A DNA stretch of 63,495 nucleotides, the filler included. It is 5 parts of 5 records of this genome, joined end to end, with 100 filler letters (N's around TTAATTAATTAA, not from the genome) between each part and the next. Parts side by side here need not be neighbours in the genome. Positions count along the whole stretch, not along the records: positions 57,963 to 63,495 come from SRR22947725_2462; 4 more parts are not named here. One strand, 5' to 3'. Below the pieces are notes generated by a model. It saw only the letters and a program-made list of their open reading frames with translations. It was not told where the DNA came from and searched no databases. Within the stretch, counting starts at the first letter, position 1. Each line of letters opens with the position of its first letter. Below are positions 63,415 to 63,495 of the stretch, piece by piece. Position numbers and translations under genes: made by a program.

Positions 63415-63495
63415 AGCAATTCTCCTATTAATGCCTTTCGGCTAATCGGTGACAAACCGCCTTCGCAATTTGAACACCACCTACGTAGGAAATTA
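63415..63495 (-). promoter_or_regulatory. 3' part of the L10 (rplJ) autoregulatory leader
   Basis: TAATTTCCTACGTAGGTGGTG resembles the gammaproteobacterial L10 leader core; hairpin GCC-GAAA-GGC; truncated by the window edge. Confidence 0.55.

Overview
This window is not one locus. It is five unrelated contigs joined by artificial 100-nt N spacers carrying a TTAATTAATTAA six-frame-stop linker, as in a concatenated, probably marine, metagenome. (1) 1-21195: flavobacterial contig with tRNA-Ser, an exbB/exbD/exbD cluster, two TonB-dependent receptors, atpD-atpC, recX, rng, an uncalled 29-aa ribosomal protein bS22, HU, mutY-ssb-gldE-gldD, an HMA lipoprotein with a Cys-rich tail, a DMT transporter, an M16 peptidase pair and the start of rplU. 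(2) 21296-39654: gammaproteobacterial contig with Pseudomonas-like gene order (tRNAs, rimP-nusA-infB-rbfA-truB-rpsO-pnp, acs, pcnB, gluQ, dksA, aminotransferase-sfsA, iron/haem ABC genes). (3) 39755-46495: alphaproteobacterial mreBCD-mrdA-rodA, an SbmA/BacA-like transporter and partial hldE. (4) 46596-57862: gene-dense eukaryotic, probably green-algal, DNA with spliceosomal introns. (5) 57963-63495: AT-rich gammaproteobacterial rplJ-rplL-rpoB-rpoC. Most of the content is housekeeping, and I see no CRISPR, mobile element or defence island. The best leads are a ~100-nt sigma54-type, AAN-rich CrcZ-like sRNA at the crcZ position but without neighbouring cbrAB; a DksA with a 227-aa histone-H1-like tail; a 2-Cys peroxiredoxin-thioredoxin fusion; an HMA lipoprotein with a metallothionein-like 12-Cys tail; and an rpsO leader pseudoknot. 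Taxonomic calls and gene names come from sequence recognition only; no searches were run.
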